Source: an uncultured Candidatus Saccharibacteria bacterium (GTDB lineage: Bacteria > Patescibacteriota > Minisyncoccia > Phycocordibacterales > CAZPGN01). From it: a DNA stretch of 64,000 nucleotides. Of the stretch, positions 1 to 9,426 are shown in pieces. The notes beneath the pieces were generated by a model, which made no database searches, was not told where the DNA came from, and worked only from the letters and a program-made list of their open reading frames with translations. The number at the start of each line of letters is the position of its first letter. The stretch's first letter is position 1. The stretch covers positions 17,368-81,367 of the forward strand of contig CAZPGN010000002.1 in the NCBI GenBank assembly GCA_964586635.1, given 5' to 3'. Both the position numbers and the translations under genes were made by a program.

Positions 1-1303
1 CGCCGCGGAGGGCGTCACGCTCGTTATTACCGTGGACAACGGTATTACCGATGTCGCCGAAGTGGCGCTCGCCGAAAGTCTTGGCATAAATGTCATACTG
101 ACCGATCATCACTTGCCCGGTCCTGAGTTGCCGCCCGCGTTTGCGATTCTCAATTCTAAGCAAGAGAAGGACGCATATCCATATCCCATGCTCTGCGGCG
201 CGGGGGTTGCCTTCAAGCTGGTGCAGGCGCTCCTCAAAACAGGGCGATTTGATGTTCCCGCGGGATGGGAAAAGTGGCTTCTCGACGCAGTCGGTATTTC
301 AACGGTCGCCGACATGGTTCCCCTCGACGGAGAGAACCGCGCGCTTGCCTATTTCGGCCTCAAAGTCCTCCGCCAAACTCGCCGCCCCGGACTCTTGCAA
401 CTTTTCAGAAAAATTCGTCTCTCGCCCGACACGCTTTCGGAAGAGAACATCGGCTTTGATATCGGCCCGCGAATCAATGCGGCAAGTCGCCTCGGCGAGC
501 CGAAAAACGGGTTTCGATTACTTGCGACTCGAGATGTCGTCGAGGCGGGAGCGCTTGCTGATTATCTCGAAGAAAAAAACGCCTTGCGAAAAACACTGGT
601 GAAAGACATCATTGCGGAAGCGATTGCTGATATGAATGCGGATGACCCGATCATAGTCGTTGGCCGCCCGTCGTGGCTTCCGGGGATTGCCGGCCTTGTG
701 GCAAGTCGGCTTGCGGAGGAATTTGGAAGGTCTGCGTTCGTGTGGGGCGCCGAAGGCGCCCCACACGGAAAAGGCTCATGCCGTTCGGACGGAACAGTCA
801 ACATGGTGTCGTTCATGCAATCAGCGGAGGCTGGCACATTTCTTGATTTTGGAGGCCATGAAGCATCGGGCGGCTTTTCCATATCGGACGCGGAGGCGCC
901 GCTTCTTCGCGAGCGTCTGTTGAGGGCGTATGAGCGCGTTGATAAAAAGGGAACAAAGAATAGCGGCATCGAGCCGGATTGCGATTTGTCGATCGACGAG
1001 GTGAATGAAAAGATTTATGCGCTCGTATCGCGGTTGGCGCCGTTTGGTGTCGGCAATCCGCGCCCACTCTTTCGCTTTCCGGAGCTTCGCGTTTTGCGCG
1101 CCGAGGTATTCGGCAAGGCGGGGAATCACACAAAACTCGTTTTTCAGAAGTCCAATGGTCAGCGTGTTTCCGCAATTCGTTTTTTCTCGCCGCCCACCGT
1201 ACGCGCAGGCGATACGATAAAACTCCTAGCGCACCTTGAAAAAAGTTTCTTCGGTAAAACTCCCGAGTTGCGTCTTCGAATCAGCTCATTTTCCGAGGTT
1301 TAG
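1..1303 (+). CDS. recJ: single-stranded-DNA-specific exonuclease RecJ, C-terminal part (5' end lies outside window)
   Basis: DHH-family motifs (VILTDHH), DHHA1-like GxG region and RecJ OB-fold C-terminus; frame open to window start. Confidence 0.8.
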   Translation, partial: AAEGVTLVITVDNGITDVAEVALAESLGINVILTDHHLPGPELPPAFAILNSKQEKDAYPYPMLCGAGVAFKLVQALLKTGRFDVPAGWEKWLLDAVGISTVADMVPLDGENRALAYFGLKVLRQTRRPGLLQLFRKIRLSPDTLSEENIGFDIGPRINAASRLGEPKNGFRLLATRDVVEAGALADYLEEKNALRKTLVKDIIAEAIADMNADDPIIVVGRPSWLPGIAGLVASRLAEEFGRSAFVWGAEGAPHGKGSCRSDGTVNMVSFMQSAEAGTFLDFGGHEASGGFSISDAEAPLLRERLLRAYERVDKKGTKNSGIEPDCDLSIDEVNEKIYALVSRLAPFGVGNPRPLFRFPELRVLRAEVFGKAGNHTKLVFQKSNGQRVSAIRFFSPPTVRAGDTIKLLAHLEKSFFGKTPELRLRISSFSEV

Positions 1304-1353
1304 TCTCGGAAGGGAAGTTTGACTACGACAGTTCTCTTGTTTAGAGTAAGGCT

Positions 1354-1572
1354 ATGATAACGCTTACTATTGAAAAGAGCGCAAGTCTCAAAAAGGTCCG
1401 CTTCAAAGATATTGATGAATTGCGCAACTATCTTGGTATAGAGAGAGACCACCGATTGTTTGATGTTGAATTTAAACCACTCGATAGAGCGGGGACAACT
1501 AAGGAGATGCGGCACAAAGCAAGCCAAGCAAAACGGATTCCTTTGTCAACGTTACGGCACCTCTCCAAATGA
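1354..1572 (+). CDS. small hypothetical protein, translationally coupled (ATGA overlap) to the downstream YoeB-like/RNase H gene; possible antitoxin-like partner
   Basis: 72-aa ORF; stop overlaps start of next ORF (ATGA at 1569-1572); no recognisable domain. Confidence 0.35.
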   Translation: MITLTIEKSASLKKVRFKDIDELRNYLGIERDHRLFDVEFKPLDRAGTTKEMRHKASQAKRIPLSTLRHLSK

Positions 1573-2273
1573 TCACCGAGGTGTTGGAGTATCCCGAGGT
1601 AGAGCGTTACCTGAACGAACGAGGTTTATTAGAAAAGTATAAAAAATCATGCGCGAAGTTGTTGCGAGGCGAATGGATGACAGTTGGTTTAAAAAAACGG
1701 AAGCCGCGGAAAGACAGTATCTGGTCTTTTCGCATAGACAAAAAGTATCGAGCCCTTGGCGTTTTCCGGAAAAATATTTTTGTTGTTTTTGAGATAGATG
1801 ACCATCAGCAGGTATCGATAGTTCAAGATAATATGGAAAAACTTATCATTCATACCGACGGAGGCGCGCGCGGCAATCCTGGTCCGGCCGGCATTGGCGT
1901 GCATATAGCGGACGAGCACGGAAAGACGCTGAAAGAAGCCGCTTTGTTCCTTGGTGTGCAAACGAACAATTATGCCGAATATATGGCAGTCATTGAAGCC
2001 CTTGCGGCGGCGAAAAAATTGGTGCCGAAAGAGAAACGGAGCCGAACGCATATTGATATGCGAATGGACAGCGAGTTGGTGGCGCGGCAGTTGAATGGGA
2101 AGTATCAGATAAAAGAGCCCTCACTTTTTCCGCTTTTTATTAAAGTCTGGAATATTCGCGTTGCAGATTTCCCGAATATCTCATTCACGCATGTTCCGCG
2201 AGAAAAAAACAAGGACGCCGACCGTCTTTCAAACGAGGCCATGGATGCGGGAGCAAAGTCGAAGTTGTTTTGA
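1569..2273 (+). CDS. rnhA: RNase HI with N-terminal YoeB/Txe (RelE-superfamily)-like domain fusion
   Basis: C-terminal 145 aa has RNase H DEDD motifs (HTDGGARGNPGPAG, NNYAEYMAV, DSELV, KDADRLSNEAMD); N-terminal 88 aa aligns to YoeB (GLKKRKPRK / IWSFRIDKKYRALGVF / IFVVFEIDDHQ); no stop between the two domains. Confidence 0.7.
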   Translation: MITEVLEYPEVERYLNERGLLEKYKKSCAKLLRGEWMTVGLKKRKPRKDSIWSFRIDKKYRALGVFRKNIFVVFEIDDHQQVSIVQDNMEKLIIHTDGGARGNPGPAGIGVHIADEHGKTLKEAALFLGVQTNNYAEYMAVIEALAAAKKLVPKEKRSRTHIDMRMDSELVARQLNGKYQIKEPSLFPLFIKVWNIRVADFPNISFTHVPREKNKDADRLSNEAMDAGAKSKLF

Positions 2274-2299
2274 TTTCCTCGTGTCAGGACGAGATATCT

Positions 2300-2815
2300 T
2301 CAGAGATACAGAATGGCCGCAATGGATATGCCAACAATGCACAATTGAGAAATGATCGCCGTTTTAATGTATCCAAGCTCCCGCAGGCGCACGTCAGTAT
2401 GAATAAATTTGTGGAACGCCTGCAAATGCGTCATCGGCGGTTTTTTCCAAAAATAATATAATGGCTGAAGCAAATCGGGCAGAATGCCGCCAACGACGAC
2501 AGTGGTAAATGGTAGGAGATAGGCGAGGGTAGGAGCGCCGTTTGTAAGAAAATAGAGAAGGGCGCTTCCGATGGAAATATCGAGAGTGATCTTTATCAAA
2601 TCGGGAGCGACTGTTTTGCTGGAAATGTTGACGACCCGCTTCATCGGATCGCGTTCTGAATCGTTCACGGAGGCAAGTATGTAATCGCCGTGGGGCACGG
2701 CGTCGATGAGATAGTGGCTTAGGAGGGAGACGGTGAAAACGACGGGAAGCGGCGCGGCCACGAAGAGTGGCCGCGCCGCCGCGCCAGCGATGAGGATATG
2801 GGTGGCAAGCGTCAT
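2300..2815 (-). CDS. membrane-bound metal-dependent hydrolase, DUF457/YdjM-like
   Basis: multi-TM hydrophobic profile with H/D-rich short loops typical of YdjM-type inner-membrane hydrolases. Confidence 0.5.
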   Translation of the reverse strand: MTLATHILIAGAAARPLFVAAPLPVVFTVSLLSHYLIDAVPHGDYILASVNDSERDPMKRVVNISSKTVAPDLIKITLDISIGSALLYFLTNGAPTLAYLLPFTTVVVGGILPDLLQPLYYFWKKPPMTHLQAFHKFIHTDVRLRELGYIKTAIISQLCIVGISIAAILYL

Positions 2816-2836
2816 GTACGAGTAACTATACTAGAG

Positions 2837-2906
2837 CATGTTTCAAAACCTACCACAACTGACCGAAGATATTAGCGTCAGTTGTTGCGGTAGGTTTTGA
2901 AACATG
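2837..2906. promoter_or_regulatory. 70-nt near-perfect hairpin (18 bp + 3-nt bulge + 9 bp stem, 13-nt loop) filling the divergent intergenic region
   Basis: catgtttcaaaacctaccacaactgac ... gtcagttgttgcggtaggttttgaaacatg read directly from sequence. Confidence 0.4.
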
Positions 2907-2921
2907 CCATAGAATCAGCAA

Positions 2922-4352
2922 ATGCGTCGCAATGTGTACATAGTCGCTGCTGGGTTCATTGTGGGAACCGTCCTGTATTCATTCGCGCGACTTGGCGCTT
3001 CGCTGGGGGCGTTCAGTATTGTCTCTGCAATTCTTATCGCATTGTTTCAGGCGAAGACCCGCGCCGACCACTCTCCCGCGCGAGTCGCCGCAATCCTCTT
3101 TTGCATTGGCTTCGCGCTTGGGACGCTACGATATGCGGCATGGGAGCATGGGCCCTCGATGGCAGGACTCGATGGGCGCATTGGCTCTATGATATCTACG
3201 GCGGCGATTGTGGTGGACGAACCTGACGCGCGCGAAGACGGTGTTCGTTTTGTGGCAGAGTTTGAGGATGCGCGCGCTATTGTTTTTGCGCGTAGATATC
3301 CGGAAGTCCGCTACGGCGATCGCATACGGTTGAAGGGGTTATTAGACCGGCCCGAAAATTTCAGCGCTGATTTTGATTGGGTATCATATCTTGCGAAAGA
3401 CGGAATCACATTCCAATTCTTCCGTCCGTCCATCGAAATCATTTCGCACGATGCTGGGTCGGCCGCCTTACGGGCGCTTTTTCGACTGAAGGCGGCGTTT
3501 CTGCGTTCGCTCGGTCGTTCTCTGCCGGAACCAGCAAGCGCGCTTGCTGGCGGACTCATCGTCGGTGGCACGAACACGCTCGGAACTACGCTCACCGAAG
3601 ATTTTCGTCGAGTAGGTCTTTCGCACATTGTCGTTCTGTCTGGTTTCAATGTCACCATAATCGCCGATGCAATCATACGAGTTTTTGCATTTCTGCCGCG
3701 AGTGGCAGGAATTTCGTTTGCCGCGATAGGTATCGCGGCATTTGCGCTGATGACTGGCGCGACAGCGACTGTCGTGCGCGCGTCCGTCATGGCCCTGATA
3801 GCGTTGCTTGCGCGCGCAACAGGACGAGTGTACCTCGCCACCGCGGCTTTATGCGCGGCGGGTCTCGCGATGGTGCTATATAATCCGAACGTTCTCGTAT
3901 TTGATACTTCCTTCCAGCTCTCATTTCTTGCGACACTCGGCCTTATATATCTCTCCCAGATCGTAGAACGCCGACTTTTCTTTTTTCCCGAGCGGTTTGG
4001 TTTGCGTTCAGTCGCATCCGCAACCATCGGAGCATATATGGCCGTAACACCGCTCCTTCTCTATAGGATCGGTGATTTATCGATCGTTGCTTTGCCCGTG
4101 AATATGCTCGTGTTACCAATAATTCCAATGACGATGTTATTTAGTTTTCTAACGGGCGTTGCAAGCGCGGCAAGCGCCGCACTTGCAACGCCCTTTGCAT
4201 ATGTCGCCTACATCCTGCTTGCATATGAACTCTGGGTTGTGCGTTTGTTTTCAGCGCTCTCATTCGCGTCTGTCGAAGTTTCACTCCCGCTCTTTGCGAT
4301 GTGCGTCGTGTATACTGTGCTTATCATATGGGTAGTGAGAAATCGCGTATAA
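2922..4352 (+). CDS. comEC: competence protein ComEC/Rec2, membrane channel part (DUF4131 + competence domain)
   Basis: polytopic membrane protein with ComEC-type competence domain; followed by a separate MBL-domain ORF. Confidence 0.75.
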   Translation: MRRNVYIVAAGFIVGTVLYSFARLGASLGAFSIVSAILIALFQAKTRADHSPARVAAILFCIGFALGTLRYAAWEHGPSMAGLDGRIGSMISTAAIVVDEPDAREDGVRFVAEFEDARAIVFARRYPEVRYGDRIRLKGLLDRPENFSADFDWVSYLAKDGITFQFFRPSIEIISHDAGSAALRALFRLKAAFLRSLGRSLPEPASALAGGLIVGGTNTLGTTLTEDFRRVGLSHIVVLSGFNVTIIADAIIRVFAFLPRVAGISFAAIGIAAFALMTGATATVVRASVMALIALLARATGRVYLATAALCAAGLAMVLYNPNVLVFDTSFQLSFLATLGLIYLSQIVERRLFFFPERFGLRSVASATIGAYMAVTPLLLYRIGDLSIVALPVNMLVLPIIPMTMLFSFLTGVASAASAALATPFAYVAYILLAYELWVVRLFSALSFASVEVSLPLFAMCVVYTVLIIWVVRNRV

Positions 4353-5200
4353 ATTGGGCAAAGTGCGCGGCGCTTTTGTTCCTTCTGCTGGTTGGCGTAT
4401 TTGTATGGATGGTCGCCCTGCGCGAAGCGCGTGGCGACACTCTGACCGTTTCGTTTCTCGATGTCGGACAGGGCGATGCGGCATTCATTGAAACTCCGCA
4501 TGGCAATCAGATGCTCATCGATCTTGGCCCGGGCACACGCGTTCTTTCAGCGCTCGGCGATATAATGCCGTTTTATGACCGTTCGATCGATATGATTCTG
4601 TTGACACATCCCGATGCTGACCATGTCGGCGGGTTACCCGAAGCGCTCGAGCGCTATGAGGCGAGCGCGATAGTGCTGTCCCGTGTTGACGCGGAGACTA
4701 CCATTTGGCAGGAAAGTAAACAGGCAATATCGCGCGAGGGCGCAGAGATTATTCTCATAGACCACCCCATCCGCATCACCCTCGATGAGGGAGTTATATT
4801 TGAAATTATTTTCCCCGACCGAGACGCATTGGGTTTTGAGACGAACACCGCATCCATTGTTGGGAGATTGGTGTATGGAGAAATATCATTTTTGTTCACC
4901 GGTGATTCTCCGCGTGAGATTGAAGACTTTCTCATTGCCAAATGGGGAAGCTCGCTTAAGAGCGACGTACTGAAAGTCGGACATCACGGCTCGAAGACTT
5001 CTTCAGGAGGCCGTTTTCTGTCGTCTGTTCGACCAGATGCGGCGATCGTTTCCGTTGGCAAAGATAATCGCTACGGTCATCCGCACGAAGAAGTGCTCGC
5101 CGCGTTAGCGGCGCAGAAAATAGAAATACTAAGAACTGATTCGAGCGGTACTGTTACATTTCAAACCGATGGCCGCTCTCTCTCGCGAGTTAAAAATTAA
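4328..5200 (+). CDS. ComEC-type metallo-beta-lactamase fold protein with its own N-terminal TM anchor
   Basis: LDVGQGDA...HPDADHVGG MBL motifs; overlaps comEC stop by 25 nt in a different frame. Confidence 0.7.
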   Translation: MGSEKSRINWAKCAALLFLLLVGVFVWMVALREARGDTLTVSFLDVGQGDAAFIETPHGNQMLIDLGPGTRVLSALGDIMPFYDRSIDMILLTHPDADHVGGLPEALERYEASAIVLSRVDAETTIWQESKQAISREGAEIILIDHPIRITLDEGVIFEIIFPDRDALGFETNTASIVGRLVYGEISFLFTGDSPREIEDFLIAKWGSSLKSDVLKVGHHGSKTSSGGRFLSSVRPDAAIVSVGKDNRYGHPHEEVLAALAAQKIEILRTDSSGTVTFQTDGRSLSRVKN

Positions 5201-5207
5201 CCGAGGC

Positions 5208-5414
5208 TCAACCTCGATAATTGGTGCGTAGATAGTCGCCTTTCTTGATACAGCGCGTACAGATTTTTCTGCGTGAGCCGTTCGCAAAAGTCGCCCACTG
5301 GAGATTGGGCTGGCGCCGACGCTTGCCGGTCGGGTTGAACTTTGTTGCGCGGACGCGATTTGAGTAACCGCCGCCCATCAAACTTCCTTTATCGCAGAGC
5401 GGGCATGATTTCAT
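5208..5414 (-). CDS. rpmB: 50S ribosomal protein L28
   Basis: CPLC...SNRVRATKFNPTGKRRRQPNLQ...CTRCIKKG pattern matches bL28. Confidence 0.65.
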   Translation of the reverse strand: MKSCPLCDKGSLMGGGYSNRVRATKFNPTGKRRRQPNLQWATFANGSRRKICTRCIKKGDYLRTNYRG

Positions 5415-5457
5415 GATTCATTAGATAGTCTCCATATGTTATCATGACAACACGAAT

Positions 5458-6060
5458 ATGCAAGGACTCGAATTGATTTTTGGCATCACTGTGCTCGTAT
5501 TTTCGGTAGTTGTTCATGAAGTAAGTCATGGGTATGCCGCCGATTCATTGGGAGATCCGACTGCGCGATATGCCGGACGGCTTACACTGAATCCGCTTGC
5601 CCACCTTGATCTTTTCGGTTCGTTTCTCTTGCCGCTTCTCTTTTTCATGACGACTGGGTTCGTGTTCGGATACGCCAATCCTGTTCCATACAATCCGTAT
5701 AATTTGCGGCACGGGAAATGGGGCGCCGCGCTCGTTGCGGCGGCTGGCCCGCTTTCCAATTTTTTTCTCGCAATAATATTTGGAACAGTTCTGCGCGTTT
5801 CTGGGAGCGGCACCTCGTTTGCCGAAATACTTTCACTCATCGTTTTGATAAACATCGTGCTCGGCGTATTCAATCTAATGCCTGTACCGCCGCTCGATGG
5901 TTCGAAGGTGTTCTTTGCGCTAATGCCATTCCGATATAATTATATCGAGCAATTTATGACGAGGTATCAGTTATTCCTGCTGTTTTTCGCCATCATTGTT
6001 TTCTGGCGACCGATTGCGCTCGTCATCGTCCCTGGCATATTTCGTCTAATTGTCGGATAA
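5458..6060 (+). CDS. site-2 protease family (peptidase M50) zinc metalloprotease
   Basis: HEVSHG (HExxH) in TM helix and NLMPVPPLDG motif. Confidence 0.7.
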   Translation: MQGLELIFGITVLVFSVVVHEVSHGYAADSLGDPTARYAGRLTLNPLAHLDLFGSFLLPLLFFMTTGFVFGYANPVPYNPYNLRHGKWGAALVAAAGPLSNFFLAIIFGTVLRVSGSGTSFAEILSLIVLINIVLGVFNLMPVPPLDGSKVFFALMPFRYNYIEQFMTRYQLFLLFFAIIVFWRPIALVIVPGIFRLIVG

Positions 6061-6068
6061 ACATCGCC

Positions 6069-7712
6069 ATGACGCAAGAACGGGCGCTTTCAATACTGAA
6101 AACCGGAGCGAACGCATTTCTGACAGGCGAACCGGGCGCAGGGAAGACTTATTGCGTTAATGAATATATCAAACACCTTGCGCGGCGCGGCGTAATTACA
6201 GCAGTTACCGCCTCCACCGGCATCGCGGCGACCCACCTTGGAGGAATGACGATTCATTCTTGGAGCGGCATTGGCATTCGCAAGCGTCTTACGGCTCGTG
6301 ATCTCGACAAGATATCCACTACAGAGCATGTGGTGCGTAGAGTGCGAAGGCCGAGCGTCTTGGTTATCGATGAGATATCAATGCTTTCCGCGGAAACGCT
6401 TACCATGATTGACTCGGTGTGCCGCGAGATACGCAAAACGGCGCTGCCGTTCGGCGGCCTGCAGACGATTTTTGTCGGTGATTTTTTTCAATTACCGCCG
6501 ATAGGAGAGGCCGACAACGGGAGACAGCCCCATTTTGCTTACGAGTCGCTCTCGTGGGAGCGCGCCCGCCCGATCGCTTGCTATCTCTCGGAACAGTATC
6601 GCCAAGATGATGCCGCATTTCTTGGAGTGCTCGCGGCCATTCGGCGTGGGGAAACGGAGGAGGAGTGTTACGCTCCGCTTGCGGAGCGCCGTACTCGTAT
6701 AGATCTCGTGCCTGACAATATCCCGAAGCTCTATACCCACAATACCGACGTTGATCGCGTGAATAACAATATGCTTGGGAAGATCGCGCGGCGGGCAAAA
6801 ATATTTTCGATGAACGGAAGCGGCGCGCCGGCTTTAGTCGAAGCGCTCAAGAAGGGATGTCTTTCTCCAGAGACGCTTGAATTGAAAGAAGGCGCGGAGG
6901 TGATGTGTACGAAGAATAATCAAAAGGAAGGATTCGTGAACGGTACGCTCGGTATCGTTTCAGGTTTTGCGAAAGGGACGGGCTATCCTCTCATTCGCAC
7001 TCGCAGGGGCAGGGTAATCGAAATTTCGCCCGCAGAATGGACAATTGAAGATGGCGGAACGGTAAAGGCCCGCATCGCGCAAATACCCTTGCGCCTGGCG
7101 TGGGCAATCACCGTGCACAAGAGCCAGGGCATGAGTCTGGATGGCGCCGCAATAGATCTCTCGGGAACTTTTGAATACGGTCAGGGATATGTCGCTCTCT
7201 CCCGCGTCCGCCGTCTGGAGGGACTTTTTCTGCTTGGGTGGAACGAGCGCGCCCTGCTCGTGCATCCTGAAATACGCAAGCGCGACGATGTATTTCGTGC
7301 TGGTTCAGATGAGGCTGATGCGGCATTCGCGCGCATGGCGCATGACGAGCTCGTGCGACTTCATGAGAATTTCATTTCTGCTTCGGGGGGCGCCGCGCGA
7401 AAAGAACGGCGCGATACGCTTGACGAGACTCTCGAATTGTGGAATGAGGGAAACGGGATTGATGATATCGCGGCGCGGCGCAAGTTAGTCCAAGCGACAA
7501 TATATAACCACATCGAGAAACTGCTCCGCGGTGGAAGGATACAAAAGGACGCCGCGCGGCGCATCCTTTCTGTGGAACTTGCAAAAGCCCTGCCTACGAT
7601 CCATGCCGCGTTTCGTTCCTGCGGCGCGGAGAAACTCTCGCCTGTTTTTGAAAAGCTCCGCGGCGCGCATTCCTACGATGACTTGCGTATCGCCAGAATG
7701 TTTCTAGAATGA
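6069..7712 (+). CDS. Pif1/RecD-family ATP-dependent DNA helicase with C-terminal HTH-like tail
   Basis: Walker A GEPGAGKT, VLVIDEISM Walker B, Pif1-type motifs. Confidence 0.75.
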   Translation: MTQERALSILKTGANAFLTGEPGAGKTYCVNEYIKHLARRGVITAVTASTGIAATHLGGMTIHSWSGIGIRKRLTARDLDKISTTEHVVRRVRRPSVLVIDEISMLSAETLTMIDSVCREIRKTALPFGGLQTIFVGDFFQLPPIGEADNGRQPHFAYESLSWERARPIACYLSEQYRQDDAAFLGVLAAIRRGETEEECYAPLAERRTRIDLVPDNIPKLYTHNTDVDRVNNNMLGKIARRAKIFSMNGSGAPALVEALKKGCLSPETLELKEGAEVMCTKNNQKEGFVNGTLGIVSGFAKGTGYPLIRTRRGRVIEISPAEWTIEDGGTVKARIAQIPLRLAWAITVHKSQGMSLDGAAIDLSGTFEYGQGYVALSRVRRLEGLFLLGWNERALLVHPEIRKRDDVFRAGSDEADAAFARMAHDELVRLHENFISASGGAARKERRDTLDETLELWNEGNGIDDIAARRKLVQATIYNHIEKLLRGGRIQKDAARRILSVELAKALPTIHAAFRSCGAEKLSPVFEKLRGAHSYDDLRIARMFLE

Positions 7713-7747
7713 AGATAATCAGATAGTATGTATAGACAGCATCGCTT

Positions 7748-8929
7748 ATGAACTATTTTCTCGCCTCGATGGAAGAAAATCCGAAATTGAAGGGAAAAAA
7801 GGAAGTTGAAGATCCGACCGTCTCCATCGAGAGACGAGAGGGAGCTTTCGATTTCCACGCCGAGAGCGTAGCAAGCGAAGACCACCCGCAACGAAACGAG
7901 GACGCGAATCTTGTTATGCCTCTCTATCGTGCGTTCGGCGTGTTCGATGGGGTCGGAGGCGGGAATGCTGGAGCAGTTGCCTCTGACGAAGCTAATCAGA
8001 CAGTCCAGCGCGCTATACGGGCGTTCCCAGAAAATCTACCTATAGATGAAATCGCGCGCCGCTTGCCTCTCGCCCTCCGAGAGGCGGACGCTCGACTTAA
8101 GTCGATGGTGAAGGAGGACCCCGCAGAGTATCGTGGCATGGCGACAACGGCGACAGTTGGCATTGTGCATATAGAACGCGGTGCGGGGCAAACGCTCGTG
8201 ACTGCGCACATCGGCGATTCTCGCATGTATGTTTGGAGAAAGGCGGCGCGGCATCTCGCACAGGTAACCATAGACGATGGCAAGATTTCTCATGTTGTGA
8301 CAGACAGGGACGAGGCGCACGAAATACAGGAACGACTCGATTCGGTCACGGACCTTTCGACATTGAGCAAGTTAGAGCGTTCGCTTTTTGATAGACGAAA
8401 TGTAGTAACAAAAGCTCTCGGAAGTGCGGCGCCTGCCGATCCGCAGGTATACATCACACGGCTTTCTGTCGGAGATCGTGTGTTCGCGGCGACTGATGGT
8501 ATTTTTGATAACCTAACTAAGGATGAGATTGCCCGAGCCGTTGAAGGGGCGGATACGTTTGAGGGGGCGATCGAATCTCTGCTCTATGCGGCAAGGGAAC
8601 GCAGTCGCGACACCACCCATCCGCGAGCCAAACCGGACGATATGACCATAACTGGCTTCGAGGCAGGACATGAACCGGAACGGCCGTTATCGCTCCCGGG
8701 TGATATCGCTGGCGCGATCGCAAGCGCGGAGGACTTTGACGACCTGTATCGGATATTCCGTGAAGAGGGAGGAGTGCAAGGCGCGAGGCCAGAACCGTAT
8801 TCGGAAGATGAATTGCGCGGCATTATCGAGCGCGTTCGAAGAAACCCGACTCTCATAAATACCGTTACGCGCGCGCATGGCCTGCGCAACAAAGTAGCCG
8901 CTCTCATTGCCGCGCGCATGCGACAGTAA
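7748..8929 (+). CDS. PP2C-family Ser/Thr protein phosphatase with ~90-aa C-terminal extension
   Basis: FGVFDGVGG, ATDG, DD metal-binding motifs of PPM phosphatases. Confidence 0.75.
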   Translation: MNYFLASMEENPKLKGKKEVEDPTVSIERREGAFDFHAESVASEDHPQRNEDANLVMPLYRAFGVFDGVGGGNAGAVASDEANQTVQRAIRAFPENLPIDEIARRLPLALREADARLKSMVKEDPAEYRGMATTATVGIVHIERGAGQTLVTAHIGDSRMYVWRKAARHLAQVTIDDGKISHVVTDRDEAHEIQERLDSVTDLSTLSKLERSLFDRRNVVTKALGSAAPADPQVYITRLSVGDRVFAATDGIFDNLTKDEIARAVEGADTFEGAIESLLYAARERSRDTTHPRAKPDDMTITGFEAGHEPERPLSLPGDIAGAIASAEDFDDLYRIFREEGGVQGARPEPYSEDELRGIIERVRRNPTLINTVTRAHGLRNKVAALIAARMRQ

Positions 8930-9010
8930 CGCATACATGTGCTTGCAATATGCAGGGCTTCATACTAGAATGCCTTGCGACGCTCTAACGGGGTGTCTTT
9001 TGTTTCACTA

Positions 9011-9424
9011 ATGCCCACATTCAATCAACTCGTCCGCCGTCCGCGGACAAAAGCGGTGCGGAAGTCGAGCACGGTTGCGCTCGGACGCGGTTTTAATACG
9101 ATCAAGAATAAGATCATGCGCTATCCCGCGCCCTTTAAGCGCGGCGTATGTCTTGTTGTGAAGACGACAACCCCGAAGAAGCCGAACTCCGCCTTGCGCA
9201 AGATTGCTCGTGTGCGGCTCACGAATGGAATGGAGGTCACGGCGTATATTCCAGGAGAAGGACACAATTTGCAGGAACACTCGGTAGTAGTGCTCCGCGG
9301 CGGCAAGGTGAAAGATTTGCCGGGCGTTCGATACCATATCGTGCGCGGAGTGCTCGATACCGAAGGTGTCGGCAAACGCATGCAGGCGCGTAGCAAATAC
9401 GGCAATAAGAAGCAGAAGAAATAA
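9011..9424 (+). CDS. rpsL: 30S ribosomal protein S12
   Basis: [10 protein letters not shown]...KKPNSALRK...VRYHIVRG. Confidence 0.95.
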   Translation: MPTFNQLVRRPRTKAVRKSSTVALGRGFNTIKNKIMRYPAPFKRGVCLVVKTTTPKKPNSALRKIARVRLTNGMEVTAYIPGEGHNLQEHSVVVLRGGKVKDLPGVRYHIVRGVLDTEGVGKRMQARSKYGNKKQKK

Positions 9425-9426
9425 CT

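Noticed and set aside
3311-4027. 238-aa minus-strand ORF inside comEC
   Set aside because: It is antisense to a well-supported membrane-protein gene and has a low-complexity Arg/Ser-rich translation.
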